A stretch of 62,526 nt of DNA, filler included. It is 7 parts of 7 records of this genome, joined end to end, with 100 filler letters (N's around TTAATTAATTAA, not from the genome) between each part and the next. Parts side by side here need not be neighbours in the genome. Positions count along the whole stretch, not along the records: positions 16,120 to 34,604 come from SRR20825010_2842; 6 more parts are not named here. One strand, given 5' to 3'. Below, one piece after another: positions 19,635-29,691 of this stretch; position 1 is the stretch's first letter; every line of letters starts with the position of its first letter. Both the position numbers and the translations under genes were made by a program. A model generated the notes under the pieces. The model was not told the origin of the DNA. It searched no databases and saw nothing but the letters and a program-made list of their open reading frames with translations.

Positions 19635-21125
19635 TTAAAAGCGTGGCAGGTCTGCGAAAGGCACTTGCCCGCCGTGCACATGCATGCGGCCATATTCAGC
19701 GCAGCGATGCAGGGTTGGTATGGCCTTGCCTGGGTTGAGCAAACCGGGTTCGTCGAAGGCTTTTTTCACGGCGAAAAATGCATCCAGTTCCGCGCGTGAA
19801 AACTGCACGCACATCTGGTTGATTTTCTCGATGCCCACACCGTGCTCGCCGGTCACTGTGCCACCCACTTCCACGCACAGTTCCAGAATTTCGGCACCGA
19901 AATCTTCGGCGCGTTTAATTTCCTCGGGCTTGTTGGCATCGAACAAAATCAGCGGGTGCAAGTTTCCATCGCCTGCATGAAATACGTTGGCGCAGCGCAT
20001 GTCGTATTTCTTTTCCATCTCGGTGATGGCGTTCAGCACGCGGGCCAGGCTGCGGCGGGGAATGGTGCCGTCCATGCAGTAGTAGTCGGGCGACACACGG
20101 CCTGCGGCAGGGAATGCATTCTTGCGACCCGCCCAAAATTTCAGGCGCTCTGCTTCACTTTGTGAAACCTTGATGGCGGTGGCCCCGCAGCCGTTCAACA
20201 CGCGGGTCATTTCGGCAATTTCTTCGGCTACTTCTTCGGGGGTGCCATCGCTTTCCAGCAACAAAATGGCTTCGGCTTCGGTGTCGTAGCCTGCGTTCAC
20301 GAAGGGCTCCACCATTTGCGTTGCGCGCTTGTCCATCATTTCCAGCCCGGCAGGAATAATACCGGCCGCAATGACTGCTGCCACCGCGTTACCCGCGTTG
20401 GCCACGTCGTTGAAGCTGGCCATAATTACTTGCGCAAGCGCGGGTTTGGGCACCAGTTTTACGGTCACTTCCGTCACCACGGCCAGCATGCCTTCAGAAC
20501 CGATAACCAGGTTCATTAATTCAAGGCCGGGTGCGTCGGGCGCTTCGGAACCAAATTCCACCACCTCGCCTTCAATGGTAATAGCACGCACTTTCAGCAC
20601 ATTGTGCACGGTCAGGCCATATTTCAGGCAGTGAACGCCGCCACTGTTTTCCGCCACATTGCCGCCAATGGTGCAGGCAATCTGGCTGGAAGGGTCGGGT
20701 GCGTAGTACAGCTGGTGTTGGGCCACCGCTTCGGAAATGGCCAGGTTGCGCACGCCGGGTTGCACCACAGCGCTGCGAGATTGAACATCAACTTTCAAAA
20801 TTTTGTTGAACTTGGCCATACCCAACAAAATGCCGTGCTTGTGGGGCTGTGCACCGCCGGACAAACCTGTGCCGGCACCGCGTGCCACCACAGGTACATT
20901 CAGCCGGTTGGCCAGTTTCAGGATTTGGATAACCTGGTCTTCGGTGTCAGGCAAGGCCACCACCATGGGCAGTTGCCGAAACAGGCTCAGGCCATCGCAT
21001 TCATAGGGCTTGGTGTCTTCTACTTCATGCAGTACGGAATGCGCGGGCAGAATTTGATTCAGCCCGGCAATGACCTCGGCCCGTTGGGCGGCATTCAGTG
21101 CGAAATCTTCGTTGGGTGCGTTCAT
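19635..21125 (-). CDS. glcD: Glycolate oxidase subunit D
   Basis: RGAGTGLSGG, PDPSSQIAC, HAGDGNLHP and GEHGVG. Confidence 0.93.
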   Translation of the reverse strand: MNAPNEDFALNAAQRAEVIAGLNQILPAHSVLHEVEDTKPYECDGLSLFRQLPMVVALPDTEDQVIQILKLANRLNVPVVARGAGTGLSGGAQPHKHGILLGMAKFNKILKVDVQSRSAVVQPGVRNLAISEAVAQHQLYYAPDPSSQIACTIGGNVAENSGGVHCLKYGLTVHNVLKVRAITIEGEVVEFGSEAPDAPGLELMNLVIGSEGMLAVVTEVTVKLVPKPALAQVIMASFNDVANAGNAVAAVIAAGIIPAGLEMMDKRATQMVEPFVNAGYDTEAEAILLLESDGTPEEVAEEIAEMTRVLNGCGATAIKVSQSEAERLKFWAGRKNAFPAAGRVSPDYYCMDGTIPRRSLARVLNAITEMEKKYDMRCANVFHAGDGNLHPLILFDANKPEEIKRAEDFGAEILELCVEVGGTVTGEHGVGIEKINQMCVQFSRAELDAFFAVKKAFDEPGLLNPGKAIPTLHRCAEYGRMHVHGGQVPFADLPRF

Positions 21126-21230
21126 GGCAGTACCTCATCTACAGCCTGTAAGCATACCCATTTCTGATTGGGGTTGGTAATTGGTGCTTGCCCGAATCAG
21201 CTTTGTGCCTTAGTCAAATCACCTGTGTGT

Positions 21231-22829
21231 TTAAACTACAAATCGCGATACGGCGTTTTGTAGCTGATTGGCGCGTTCATCCAGTCGGTTTGCCACCTCG
21301 CTCGCTTTTTGAGCAACAGTTGAGTTCACTGTTGAGGCGTCCACGATTTCCCCGATCCCGCTGAAAAATCTCTCCATGCTTGTCTGTTGCTCTTTAAGCA
21401 ACAAACCAAATGCCTCAAAGGTTTGATTCATTTTGTCGGATTCGGTGTGCAGCAGTCCCATGTCCTGCTCAGACCCAGCTACTTTTTGTAGCGCAAGGTC
21501 AGACTTTGAATTGGCATCCGATGTCATTGCAACGGACTGTTGAATTTGATTCTGAATGTCCAAGATAAGTTTCGAAATCTGGTTGGCTGCGTTGGCGGTG
21601 TCTTCTGCCAGTTTGCGTACTTCGTCGGCCACCACGGCAAAGCCCCGCCCTTGCTCACCGGCACGCGCGGCCTCGATGGCGGCATTCAGCGCCAGCAAGT
21701 TGGTTTGATCTGCAATTTGTTTGATGGTGTTGATAATTCCACCAATTTTGGTCGAGCTTTCATTCAGCGTGTCAATGCGCTCGCCGTTCTTGCACACAAT
21801 TTCTACAACACTGTTCACTGAAGACGCTGTTTCACGCATGGACTGAATGGAGTTAAGAAGCTGCCCCCGCGTTTTTGATGACACTTCCTGTGCCGAGTTC
21901 AGATAAGAGCAAGACGACTCCAGTTTGGCATTGGCGTCCGTGGCGATGTTGCTCAAAGAGTCGGTTATCGATTCTTGTTTTTGGGTGCTTTGTGAAATCT
22001 GTAGTCCCGAGGAGCGAACCTCGGTAACTGCGGTCCCGATTTGTTCTGCCGACACCCGGATGCCTTTCACCGTGTCGCAAAAGCTGCTCATCAGCGAATC
22101 AAAAGACGATGCGATCGATGCGATTTCGTGTTTTTCTTTCAAGTTAACACGAAGGCTGAGATTTGAAGTTTCTTGCACCTGTCGAATAACCGCTTGAAGT
22201 TTGTTCACGGGTTTTGAAATGGAACGTCCGATCAGCCAGGCAATGATTAGCCCCGCCAGAACAGCCAGCCCACCGACAATGGACACGGTTTGAAGTGCAG
22301 TGTTGCCCAGGGCTTGAGCGTTCGACTTTGACTGATCAATACTGCTTCTGGTCAGTTGCAAAATAGTACCCAGTTGTTCTTCAGATTGCCGCGCCGATTT
22401 GCGAACCTGGACTGTGGCCAACATCCTCTGTGGGCCAATCCCGGCTTTCATCATGGCGTCGAAATTTGTTTTGTACTGCGTCAGGCTACTTTCCAGCTTG
22501 CCCAGCAAGTCTGTAATTTCTTGAGATTTAAGCACGGAACTTAGCTGGACACTTTTTTGCGTTGCCTCAATAGCGGTGCTCAAGTGCTCATTGACAGAGT
22601 TTTGCAGAATGGGGTCGTCTGCATACATCAAATCTTTGATGGGACGCTCTGCCTTGAGGAACTCAACTTGAGCCAAAGCGGTTTGGGATTGGATTTCGAA
22701 CTTGGAATCAACCAAGACTGTGAATGATTCGTTCAGATTGCCCAACAGGCTGGCTACCAAAACCTGGCAGGCGATCAACAACAACAACACAAATCCAAAC
22801 CCGGCATAAATCCGCTTGACGATACTCAT
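21231..22829 (-). CDS. Methyl-accepting chemotaxis protein
   Basis: Two TM helices, helical periplasmic domain, HAMP, and [37 protein letters not shown]. Confidence 0.95.
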   Translation of the reverse strand: MSIVKRIYAGFGFVLLLLIACQVLVASLLGNLNESFTVLVDSKFEIQSQTALAQVEFLKAERPIKDLMYADDPILQNSVNEHLSTAIEATQKSVQLSSVLKSQEITDLLGKLESSLTQYKTNFDAMMKAGIGPQRMLATVQVRKSARQSEEQLGTILQLTRSSIDQSKSNAQALGNTALQTVSIVGGLAVLAGLIIAWLIGRSISKPVNKLQAVIRQVQETSNLSLRVNLKEKHEIASIASSFDSLMSSFCDTVKGIRVSAEQIGTAVTEVRSSGLQISQSTQKQESITDSLSNIATDANAKLESSCSYLNSAQEVSSKTRGQLLNSIQSMRETASSVNSVVEIVCKNGERIDTLNESSTKIGGIINTIKQIADQTNLLALNAAIEAARAGEQGRGFAVVADEVRKLAEDTANAANQISKLILDIQNQIQQSVAMTSDANSKSDLALQKVAGSEQDMGLLHTESDKMNQTFEAFGLLLKEQQTSMERFFSGIGEIVDASTVNSTVAQKASEVANRLDERANQLQNAVSRFVV

Positions 22830-22861
22830 ATTGACCCCTAGTTTTCGATTGCTGTGGTGAC

Positions 22862-23338
22862 TTATTCCAGTGAATAGCCAACGTAGTAAATGCCAATGGT
22901 GGCGCCACTGGCATTTACGATGGGCTCGTAACCTGTCTGGAAAATTTTCCCAAGAATGTCCACGGGGCCATAAAATGGTTTGCCACTGTCAATGGCGGCT
23001 TTGGCTGGGCCTGATGGGTCAAGTGGGGTACCCACAGCGCGTTGACCTGCCTTCATCACATTGGTGCTTCGACGAATGTAGTTGTTGCCTTCTTTCACGA
23101 ACAAGGTGGCCGTGCCGCCATGTTTTTCCTTGATTTTGTCAACCACTTTGAAGTCACCGTTGACTTTTGAGGTGCCAAAGTACAATTGGTCGCCTTCAAG
23201 GCGCGGTTGGCCTTGGGCAGCAAGTTCCTGCTTGAGCGCGCTCATCGCTTTGTTCACTTTTTCATCTGCCATGGCGGGATTGAGCACGCACACAGTTGCG
23301 GCCACCGACAAAAGGCATTTTGATAGGAATTGGTTCAC
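22862..23338 (-). CDS. Secreted stand-alone Cache (Cache_3/Cache_2-type) domain protein
   Basis: [48 protein letters not shown] Shine-Dalgarno supports GTG at 23338; signal peptide ends AMA. Confidence 0.8.
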   Translation of the reverse strand: MNQFLSKCLLSVAATVCVLNPAMADEKVNKAMSALKQELAAQGQPRLEGDQLYFGTSKVNGDFKVVDKIKEKHGGTATLFVKEGNNYIRRSTNVMKAGQRAVGTPLDPSGPAKAAIDSGKPFYGPVDILGKIFQTGYEPIVNASGATIGIYYVGYSLE

Positions 23339-23469
23339 TTGAATCTCCTGGTGTGTATTGGGAAGGAACGACTGGAACTGCTTGAACATCGCAAATACTA
23401 CGCAAGTGAATTGCTATCAAATGAATTGAACAGGGGAAGTTTTAGGCTGTAATTTATGTGATCAACAAT

Positions 23470-24552
23470 TTAACAATTGAGTGGCTGGGTTGCCAATTCA
23501 CACCGTGGACGGGTGAGCATGCTGTAATCACGAGAATTCAAGAGTTCGGGTTTCTCGCGCAGTTGCATGGCGCCTGCAAACGCAATCATGGCACCGTTGT
23601 CGGTGCACAGGCTTAATTCCGGAAAATACACATCGATACCGCGCTTGTGTGCAGCTTTCACGAGCTGTTCGCGCAACAGGGTGTTCGCACCCACACCACC
23701 CGCAACAACCAGGCGTTTGTGGTCTTGGTGCAGGCAGGCGGCCAGGGCTTTTTTCACCAGTGTTTCAACAATGGCGGCTTGAAAGCTGGCGGCCAGGTCG
23801 GCCTTGTCGGTATCACTAATGACCATGGTTTCGGAAGGCTGTTTCACGCCTGCCAGCTTCATGGCAGTGGTAAGCACCGCTGTTTTCAGGCCGGAAAAGC
23901 TGAACATGTAGTCGCCGCTGTGCAGCATGGGGCGGGGCAGTTTGAAGCGTTCGGGGTTGCCGTTTTCTGCCAGTTTCGACAAGGCAGGGCCACCGGGGTA
24001 GGGCAGGCCAATCATTTTGGCGGTTTTGTCGAAGGCCTCGCCCGCGGCATCATCCAGCGTTTCGCCCAGCAAGGCATAACGCCCCAAGCCTTCCACGCCC
24101 ATTAATTGAGTGTGCCCCCCACTGACCAACAGCGCGGTGAATGGAAATGCAGGTGGGTTGATGGACAGCAAGGGCGACAGCAAATGCCCCTCCAGGTGAT
24201 GCACGGGGATGACGGGCAAATTCCGCCCCATGGCCAGGCTGTAGGCAAAGGCGCAGCCTGCCATCAGTGCACCGGGCAAGCCGGGGCCGGTGGTTACGGC
24301 GATGGCGTCTACCTCATTTATTGCAATACCAGCCTGTGCGAAGGTTTCATCCATCAGCGGAATAAGGCGGCGAATGTGGTCGCGCGAGGCCAGCTCGGGC
24401 ACCACGCCGCCATAGTCTTTGTGCATGGCAATTTGTGAATACAGGGCTTGCCCCAGAATGCGCCCATCGGTGGTGCACAGGGCAACACCGGTTTCGTCAC
24501 AGGAACTTTCAAAACCAAGCACAATTTTCGGAGGGTTTGCAGCAGAAGTCAC
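23470..24552 (-). CDS. tsaD: tRNA N6-adenosine threonylcarbamoyltransferase
   Basis: [38 protein letters not shown] and TDNGAMI. Confidence 0.96.
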   Translation of the reverse strand: MTSAANPPKIVLGFESSCDETGVALCTTDGRILGQALYSQIAMHKDYGGVVPELASRDHIRRLIPLMDETFAQAGIAINEVDAIAVTTGPGLPGALMAGCAFAYSLAMGRNLPVIPVHHLEGHLLSPLLSINPPAFPFTALLVSGGHTQLMGVEGLGRYALLGETLDDAAGEAFDKTAKMIGLPYPGGPALSKLAENGNPERFKLPRPMLHSGDYMFSFSGLKTAVLTTAMKLAGVKQPSETMVISDTDKADLAASFQAAIVETLVKKALAACLHQDHKRLVVAGGVGANTLLREQLVKAAHKRGIDVYFPELSLCTDNGAMIAFAGAMQLREKPELLNSRDYSMLTRPRCELATQPLNC

Positions 24553-24668
24553 TTAAGGTAGCCAGAACAGAATCAAGCCTTTATTTTAGCGTGGCTTCGG
24601 TAAGCAATTGAATCTGAAAGGGTTCAAGTGCAGGTAATAGTCAAAACATTACAAATCGGAGACATTTC

Positions 24669-26561
24669 ATGTTGATCGGCGTCACCAGAATACTGGGACC
24701 TTTGCTGTTGGTGGCAGGGCTTGCGGGTTGCCTGTACGAGGGTGACCAGACAACGGTCAGTAATTCAGGCCCAAGTGGCGGTGGCAGCGTAAGCCCATCC
24801 GAAACGGAAATGCCGTTGCGGGTGAAAAACCAGCAAGCAGCCACAGGCCATGCGGCGCGCGTTGAGCAGGTTACTATTGCCGCGTTTGACGGCACTGAAC
24901 TGGCGCTGACTGTTTATTTTCCTGAACTGAACGCGGGCGAGGCCACCCCTTTGTTGCTGCACTCCCATGGTTTTGGCGGTACTCGGGCTGCAACGCTGGA
25001 TTTTGACGAGGCCACGCAAACATCTGAAATTGGCATAGACACCCTGCAGGTGGCTTACAACGAAAAAGAACCGGTTGCCGGGCGCGCTGGCTGGTACGTT
25101 ATTTCTTACGATCAGCGTGGTCATGGCGACACAGGCGGCAATGTCACCATTCTGGATCCGGCATTTGAAGGCAAAGACTTCAAAACCATTCTGGACTGGG
25201 CTGAAGCCAATTTGCCCAACCTGGGCTATCGCAGCAAGGCCGGGGCATTGAACCCTGTGGTGGGCACCATTGGTCGCAGCTACGGCGGTGCTTTTCAACT
25301 GATTGGTACCGGGCTTGATTCACGAATTGATGCCATGGTGCCCAACGGCACCTGGTACGACCTGCGCTACAGCTTGAACCCCGGCGGTGTGCCCAAAACC
25401 ACCTACCTGAACGGATTGGTGGCGGGTGGTTTGGAAAGCAACCGCGGGCGTTACGATCCTTTTCTGTTTCAGGGCTTGGCCGAGGCCAATACCACTGGTG
25501 TGGTGTCCGAGGAAATCGTGAAACGACTGGGCTCGCAAGGTCCCATCTCTTATTGTGATCTGTCTGCAAACTTGTCCAATGGGATGACCCTGAAAACGGA
25601 TGTGCCTGCCTTTTTTATTCAAGGCGCCACCGATGTGTTGTTCAACCTGAACGAAGCGATTCAGAATTTTGAGTGCTATCGCAAGGTGAATGCCGACGCG
25701 AAATTGTTGTTCGTCAAATACGGGCACCTGCTCAATGCCCTGGGTGTGCAGCAAGACCCCAATGTGGCACTGGAAGGCACGGGGGCCAAATACGCCTTCA
25801 ATGAAAGCCTGATCTGGCTGAAAACTGCACAGAACAAATGCCCCGCTGCCAACTGGGATGCAGCAACAGGCCGTTGCGTGATTGCGTTGAAAGACATGAT
25901 GTTCCAGTTTCTGGCCCAACATCTGGTCGGCAGCAGGCAAGCCCGGTCTGCGGATTACCTCGGTTTCGAACCAGTGCCCTTGCCGGAAATTACGTCGGTA
26001 CTTGAAGACAGCAGAAATGACCCCACCGCAGTTGAAGTGAAGTCCAATTCATCGAACCGACCCAAACTGGAAGGTGTGCGTGCAGCTTCAGCATTCACTG
26101 CGCCCACGCAGGTGATGGCGGGCGTGGCTGGCCTGTTCACAGGTTTAACTTCAACACAGGCCGCGCAATTGGCTCAGCCGGTTTATGTTGAATTGAACAA
26201 CGCCAACCTGCCCGGTTGTTTCGTGGGCACGCCAAAAGCCACCGTGAAAGTAGAACCGGTTGGTCCAGCTTCGCCGGAAGCGCCTATTGTGTATGTGGGG
26301 CTGGGCTTGAAGCGTGCCGATGGCACCCAAACCGTGTTGCATGATCAAATTACACCATTGAAAGGCTATGGCGAGAAAGCAATCGAATTGCCAGGCATCT
26401 CGGTACAGCTGCGGGAAGGCGATTCACTTACCTTGACCATTCAAGGCTACAACCCTGTTTTTGTCAGCAGTTTCAATCGCTTGCCAGTGCCTGTCACCGT
26501 CAGTGCCAGCGTTGCTTTGCCCATTCAGGTTCAAGACCCAACTGGTTTTTGCACGCTGTAA
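24669..26561 (+). CDS. CocE/NonD (S15)-like alpha/beta hydrolase lipoprotein
   Basis: Lipobox LAGC, HSHGFGG, DQRGHG and nucleophile elbow GRSYGG. Confidence 0.75.
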   Translation: MLIGVTRILGPLLLVAGLAGCLYEGDQTTVSNSGPSGGGSVSPSETEMPLRVKNQQAATGHAARVEQVTIAAFDGTELALTVYFPELNAGEATPLLLHSHGFGGTRAATLDFDEATQTSEIGIDTLQVAYNEKEPVAGRAGWYVISYDQRGHGDTGGNVTILDPAFEGKDFKTILDWAEANLPNLGYRSKAGALNPVVGTIGRSYGGAFQLIGTGLDSRIDAMVPNGTWYDLRYSLNPGGVPKTTYLNGLVAGGLESNRGRYDPFLFQGLAEANTTGVVSEEIVKRLGSQGPISYCDLSANLSNGMTLKTDVPAFFIQGATDVLFNLNEAIQNFECYRKVNADAKLLFVKYGHLLNALGVQQDPNVALEGTGAKYAFNESLIWLKTAQNKCPAANWDAATGRCVIALKDMMFQFLAQHLVGSRQARSADYLGFEPVPLPEITSVLEDSRNDPTAVEVKSNSSNRPKLEGVRAASAFTAPTQVMAGVAGLFTGLTSTQAAQLAQPVYVELNNANLPGCFVGTPKATVKVEPVGPASPEAPIVYVGLGLKRADGTQTVLHDQITPLKGYGEKAIELPGISVQLREGDSLTLTIQGYNPVFVSSFNRLPVPVTVSASVALPIQVQDPTGFCTL

Positions 26562-26596
26562 CAAACAAGCGCACCGTTCAATACAGAATGGTGCGC

Positions 26597-26613
26597 TGCA
26601 CTAGTTGGGTGCC
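26597..26613 (+). promoter_or_regulatory. NtrC-type enhancer site
   Basis: TGCACTAGTTGGGTGCC fits GCAC-N7-GTGC, about 75 nt upstream of the sigma-54 -24 box. Further half-sites lie near 26589-26594 and 26662-26668. Confidence 0.65.
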
Positions 26614-26686
26614 AGTCACTCAGCCTCATTTCTTCCCGTTTCACTAAAAACAGCCTCTTTGTGGTGCAAAACCACGTAGAAATGGC

Positions 26687-26702
26687 TGGCACGCCCCTTG
26701 CA
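26687..26702 (+). promoter_or_regulatory. Sigma-54 promoter (-24/-12) of the nitrate assimilation operon
   Basis: TGGCAC-GCCCC-TTGCA, a perfect consensus. Confidence 0.88.
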
Positions 26703-26712
26703 TATACACGGG

Positions 26713-26836
26713 TGTAGGTCGTCAACGGCGGCGATCTGCAGGTGGATTGACAGGTCTCCTGAGGTTGCGTTTGCGGCCAAGGGAGTTGGACAACGGCGTC
26801 CGTGCTGCTTCGTGCAGCCGGGGGCCGTTTTTTTTT
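26713..26836 (+). ncRNA. ANTAR (NasT-type) attenuator leader RNA
   Basis: Two hairpins with the identical hexaloop AACGGC (26724-26729 and 26792-26797). The second overlaps the 5' arm of a terminator ending GCCGTTTTTTTTT. Confidence 0.8.
26792..26836 (+). terminator. Leader (attenuator) terminator upstream of nirB
   Basis: AACGGC/GCCGTT base, inner GCTGC-TTCGT-GCAGC, and a 9-nt T run. Confidence 0.8.
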
Positions 26837-26857
26837 GGGTAAATTGGGATAAATAGT

Positions 26858-29314
26858 ATGCTGATGTCCGTCAAAAAACAGAAGCTGGTGGTAATTGGTA
26901 ACGGCATGGCCGGTATCCGGGTGGTTGAGGAGCTGATCAAGCTCGCCCCCGAATTGTATGAAATCACCGTGTTTGGCGCAGAGCCGCATCCCAATTACAA
27001 CCGGATCATGCTTTCGCCAGTATTGGCTGGAGAGCAGAAGTTCGAAGAAATCGTGCTCAATGATTGGGACTGGTACACCAGCAACAATATTACCTTGCAC
27101 GTGGGCCGCGAGGTCACGGAAATTGACCGTGTAAAACGTGTGGTGAAATGTGCCGACGGCACCACTGCACCTTACGATCGATTGTTGCTGGCCACCGGCT
27201 CCAATTCATTCATCCTGCCTGTGCCCGGTTCAACCTTGCCTGGCGTCATCGGTTACCGCGACATTGCCGACACCGAAGCCATGCTGGAAGCCGCGAAGCA
27301 TTACAAAAAAGCAATCGTAATCGGTGGTGGCCTTTTGGGTCTTGAAGCCGCAAACGGCCTGGCCATTCAGGGCATGGATGTCAGCGTGGTGCATTTGCCC
27401 ACCTGGTTGATGGAACGTCAGCTTGACCCCACCGCAGCAGGCTTGCTGCAAAAAAGTCTTGAAACCAAAGGCCTGAAGTTTTTGCTGGCCAAGAACACCA
27501 AGGCGCTGCACGCCGGGTCTGATGGCCGCGTGGCACAAATTGAATTTGCCGATGGTGAAATACACGACGCAGATCTGGTCGTGATGGCAGTAGGCATTCG
27601 CCCGAACGACAAGCTGGCTGCCAGCAGTGGACTGCATTGCAATCGTGGCGTGGTGGTCAACGACACCATGCAAACAATTACCGACCCCAAAATTTATTCC
27701 GTGGGCGAGTGTGCCAGCCATCGTGGCATCGCTTATGGTTTGGTAGCCCCCTTGTTTGAACAGGCCAAGGTGTGTGCCAACCACCTGGCGCAGTTCGGTA
27801 TTGGTCGTTATGAAGGTTCTGTTACTTCGACAAAACTCAAGGTAACTGGCGTGGACCTGTTCTCTGCGGGCAATTTCATGGGCGGCGAAGGCTGCGAAGA
27901 ATTGCTGCTTTCCGACCCCATTGGTGGCGTGTACAAAAAGTTGGTCATCAAGGAAGACAAACTGGTGGGCGCCTGCCTGTATGGTGACACGGTTGATGGC
28001 TCCTGGTATTTCAAGCTGATGCGTGAAGGCAAAGCCATCAAGGAAATTCGCGAGAAGCTGATGTTTGGCCAAAACAACATTGGCGACACCGGTCATGACG
28101 GGCAAAGCCAGGCCAGCAAAATGTTGGATACCGATGAAGTGTGCGGTTGCAATGGCGTGTGCAAGGGCACCATTGTGCAGGCCATTAAAACCAAGGGCCT
28201 GTTCACCATTGAAGAAGTGCGCAAGCACACCAAAGCCAGCGCAAGTTGCGGTTCGTGCACCGGTTTGTGTGAACAGATTTTGATGAGCACTGCAGGTGCC
28301 GATTATTCCGCCACACCCAAAACAAAACCCATGTGCGGTTGTACCGACCACGGGCACCAAGTGGTTCGCGATGCAATTTTCAAGCACCACTTAACCACCA
28401 AAGAAGAAGTGTTTTCTGCCATGAACTGGCGCACGCCCAACGGCTGCGCAAGTTGCCGCCCCGCCGTGAATTATTATCTCATCAGCTCCTGGCCCGGCGA
28501 AGCGGTGGACGATCCACAAAGCCGCTTTATTAACGAACGCGCGCATGCCAACATTCAGAAAGACAAAACTTATTCAGTGGTACCACGCATGTGGGGCGGC
28601 GAAACAACCGCCGCTGAATTGCGCCGAATTGCGGACGTGGTCGACAAATACAACATTCCAACCGTGAAAGTAACCGGTGGCCAGCGCATCGATTTGCTGG
28701 GCGTGAAAAAAGAAGATTTGCAAGACGTGTGGAAAGATTTGGACATGCCGAGCGGCCATGCTTATGCCAAAGGTTTGCGCACCGTAAAAACCTGTGTGGG
28801 CAGTGACTGGTGCCGCTTTGGCACACAAGACAGCACACAAATGGGCAAAGACCTTGAGCGCGGTTTGTTCAAAATGTACGCGCCCCACAAGGTAAAACTT
28901 GCCGTGTCGGGTTGCCCGCGCAACTGCGCTGAAAGCGGCATTAAAGATGTGGGTGTGATCGGTGTTGATTCCGGTTGGGAAATTTATGTGGGTGGCAACG
29001 GCGGCATTAAAACCGAAGTAGCCCAGTTCCTGTGCCGCGTGAAAACGTCCGATGAAGTGATGGCCATCAGCGGCGCATTCCTGCAGCTGTACCGCAAGGA
29101 AGCCTGGTACCTGGAGCGCACCGTGCATTACCTGGAGCGTGTGGGTCTTGACCACGCGAAAGCCCGCGTGGTGGACGATGTCGCCAACCGCAACGCCCTG
29201 TGGGCTGAACTGCAAGCGGCACTGGCCATTGAAGAAGACCCATGGCACAAGCCCAAAGAAGCGCAGGTTGATTTGCGCCAGTTCATTCCAATCAAACTGG
29301 CAGAGGTGGTCTAA
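26858..29314 (+). CDS. nirB: Assimilatory NAD(P)H nitrite reductase large subunit
   Basis: IGNGMAG, GGGLLGLE, two BFD-like Cys clusters, VKTCVGSDWC and GCPRNC siroheme/Fe-S ligands. Confidence 0.96.
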   Translation: MLMSVKKQKLVVIGNGMAGIRVVEELIKLAPELYEITVFGAEPHPNYNRIMLSPVLAGEQKFEEIVLNDWDWYTSNNITLHVGREVTEIDRVKRVVKCADGTTAPYDRLLLATGSNSFILPVPGSTLPGVIGYRDIADTEAMLEAAKHYKKAIVIGGGLLGLEAANGLAIQGMDVSVVHLPTWLMERQLDPTAAGLLQKSLETKGLKFLLAKNTKALHAGSDGRVAQIEFADGEIHDADLVVMAVGIRPNDKLAASSGLHCNRGVVVNDTMQTITDPKIYSVGECASHRGIAYGLVAPLFEQAKVCANHLAQFGIGRYEGSVTSTKLKVTGVDLFSAGNFMGGEGCEELLLSDPIGGVYKKLVIKEDKLVGACLYGDTVDGSWYFKLMREGKAIKEIREKLMFGQNNIGDTGHDGQSQASKMLDTDEVCGCNGVCKGTIVQAIKTKGLFTIEEVRKHTKASASCGSCTGLCEQILMSTAGADYSATPKTKPMCGCTDHGHQVVRDAIFKHHLTTKEEVFSAMNWRTPNGCASCRPAVNYYLISSWPGEAVDDPQSRFINERAHANIQKDKTYSVVPRMWGGETTAAELRRIADVVDKYNIPTVKVTGGQRIDLLGVKKEDLQDVWKDLDMPSGHAYAKGLRTVKTCVGSDWCRFGTQDSTQMGKDLERGLFKMYAPHKVKLAVSGCPRNCAESGIKDVGVIGVDSGWEIYVGGNGGIKTEVAQFLCRVKTSDEVMAISGAFLQLYRKEAWYLERTVHYLERVGLDHAKARVVDDVANRNALWAELQAALAIEEDPWHKPKEAQVDLRQFIPIKLAEVV

Positions 29315-29685
29315 TGTCGGCATCACTACTTAAGGAACAGAAGGAAATTCAAATGGAATGGATCGACATTTGCGCAGTGGAAGACATCCCCGTGTTGGGA
29401 TCACGCATTGTGCGCCGCCCCACCGGGCAAGACATTGCAATTTTTCGCAACACCGAAGAACAAGTGTTTGCACTGCTGGACGAATGCCCACACAAAAAAG
29501 GCCCGTTGAGCCAGGGCATCGTGCATGGCACGACCGTAACCTGCCCCTTGCACAATTGGCAGATCGGCCTGGCCGATGGCTGTGCCCGCGAACCCGATGA
29601 AGGCTGTACTGCAAAATTTACAGTGCAAGTGGTGGATGGGCGTGTGAACCTGAAAGCCAGTGAAGTAAAAAACCACGGTATTTAA
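29314..29685 (+). CDS. nirD: Nitrite reductase small (Rieske) subunit; alternative start at 29353
   Basis: CPHKKGPLSQG and CPLHNW; TAATG overlap with the nirB stop. Confidence 0.92.
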   Translation: MSASLLKEQKEIQMEWIDICAVEDIPVLGSRIVRRPTGQDIAIFRNTEEQVFALLDECPHKKGPLSQGIVHGTTVTCPLHNWQIGLADGCAREPDEGCTAKFTVQVVDGRVNLKASEVKNHGI

Positions 29686-29691
29686 ATCACA

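Noticed and set aside
21163..21187. GlcC/FadR-type operator upstream of glcD
   Set aside because: Only TTGG half-site repeats with no proper palindrome, and no glcC on the contig; support is too weak.
27230..29326. Long antisense ORFs (386 aa and 250 aa) opposite nirB, and similar ones opposite ampG and the acyl-CoA ligases
   Set aside because: Shadow frames of GC-rich coding sequence with no recognisable motifs.
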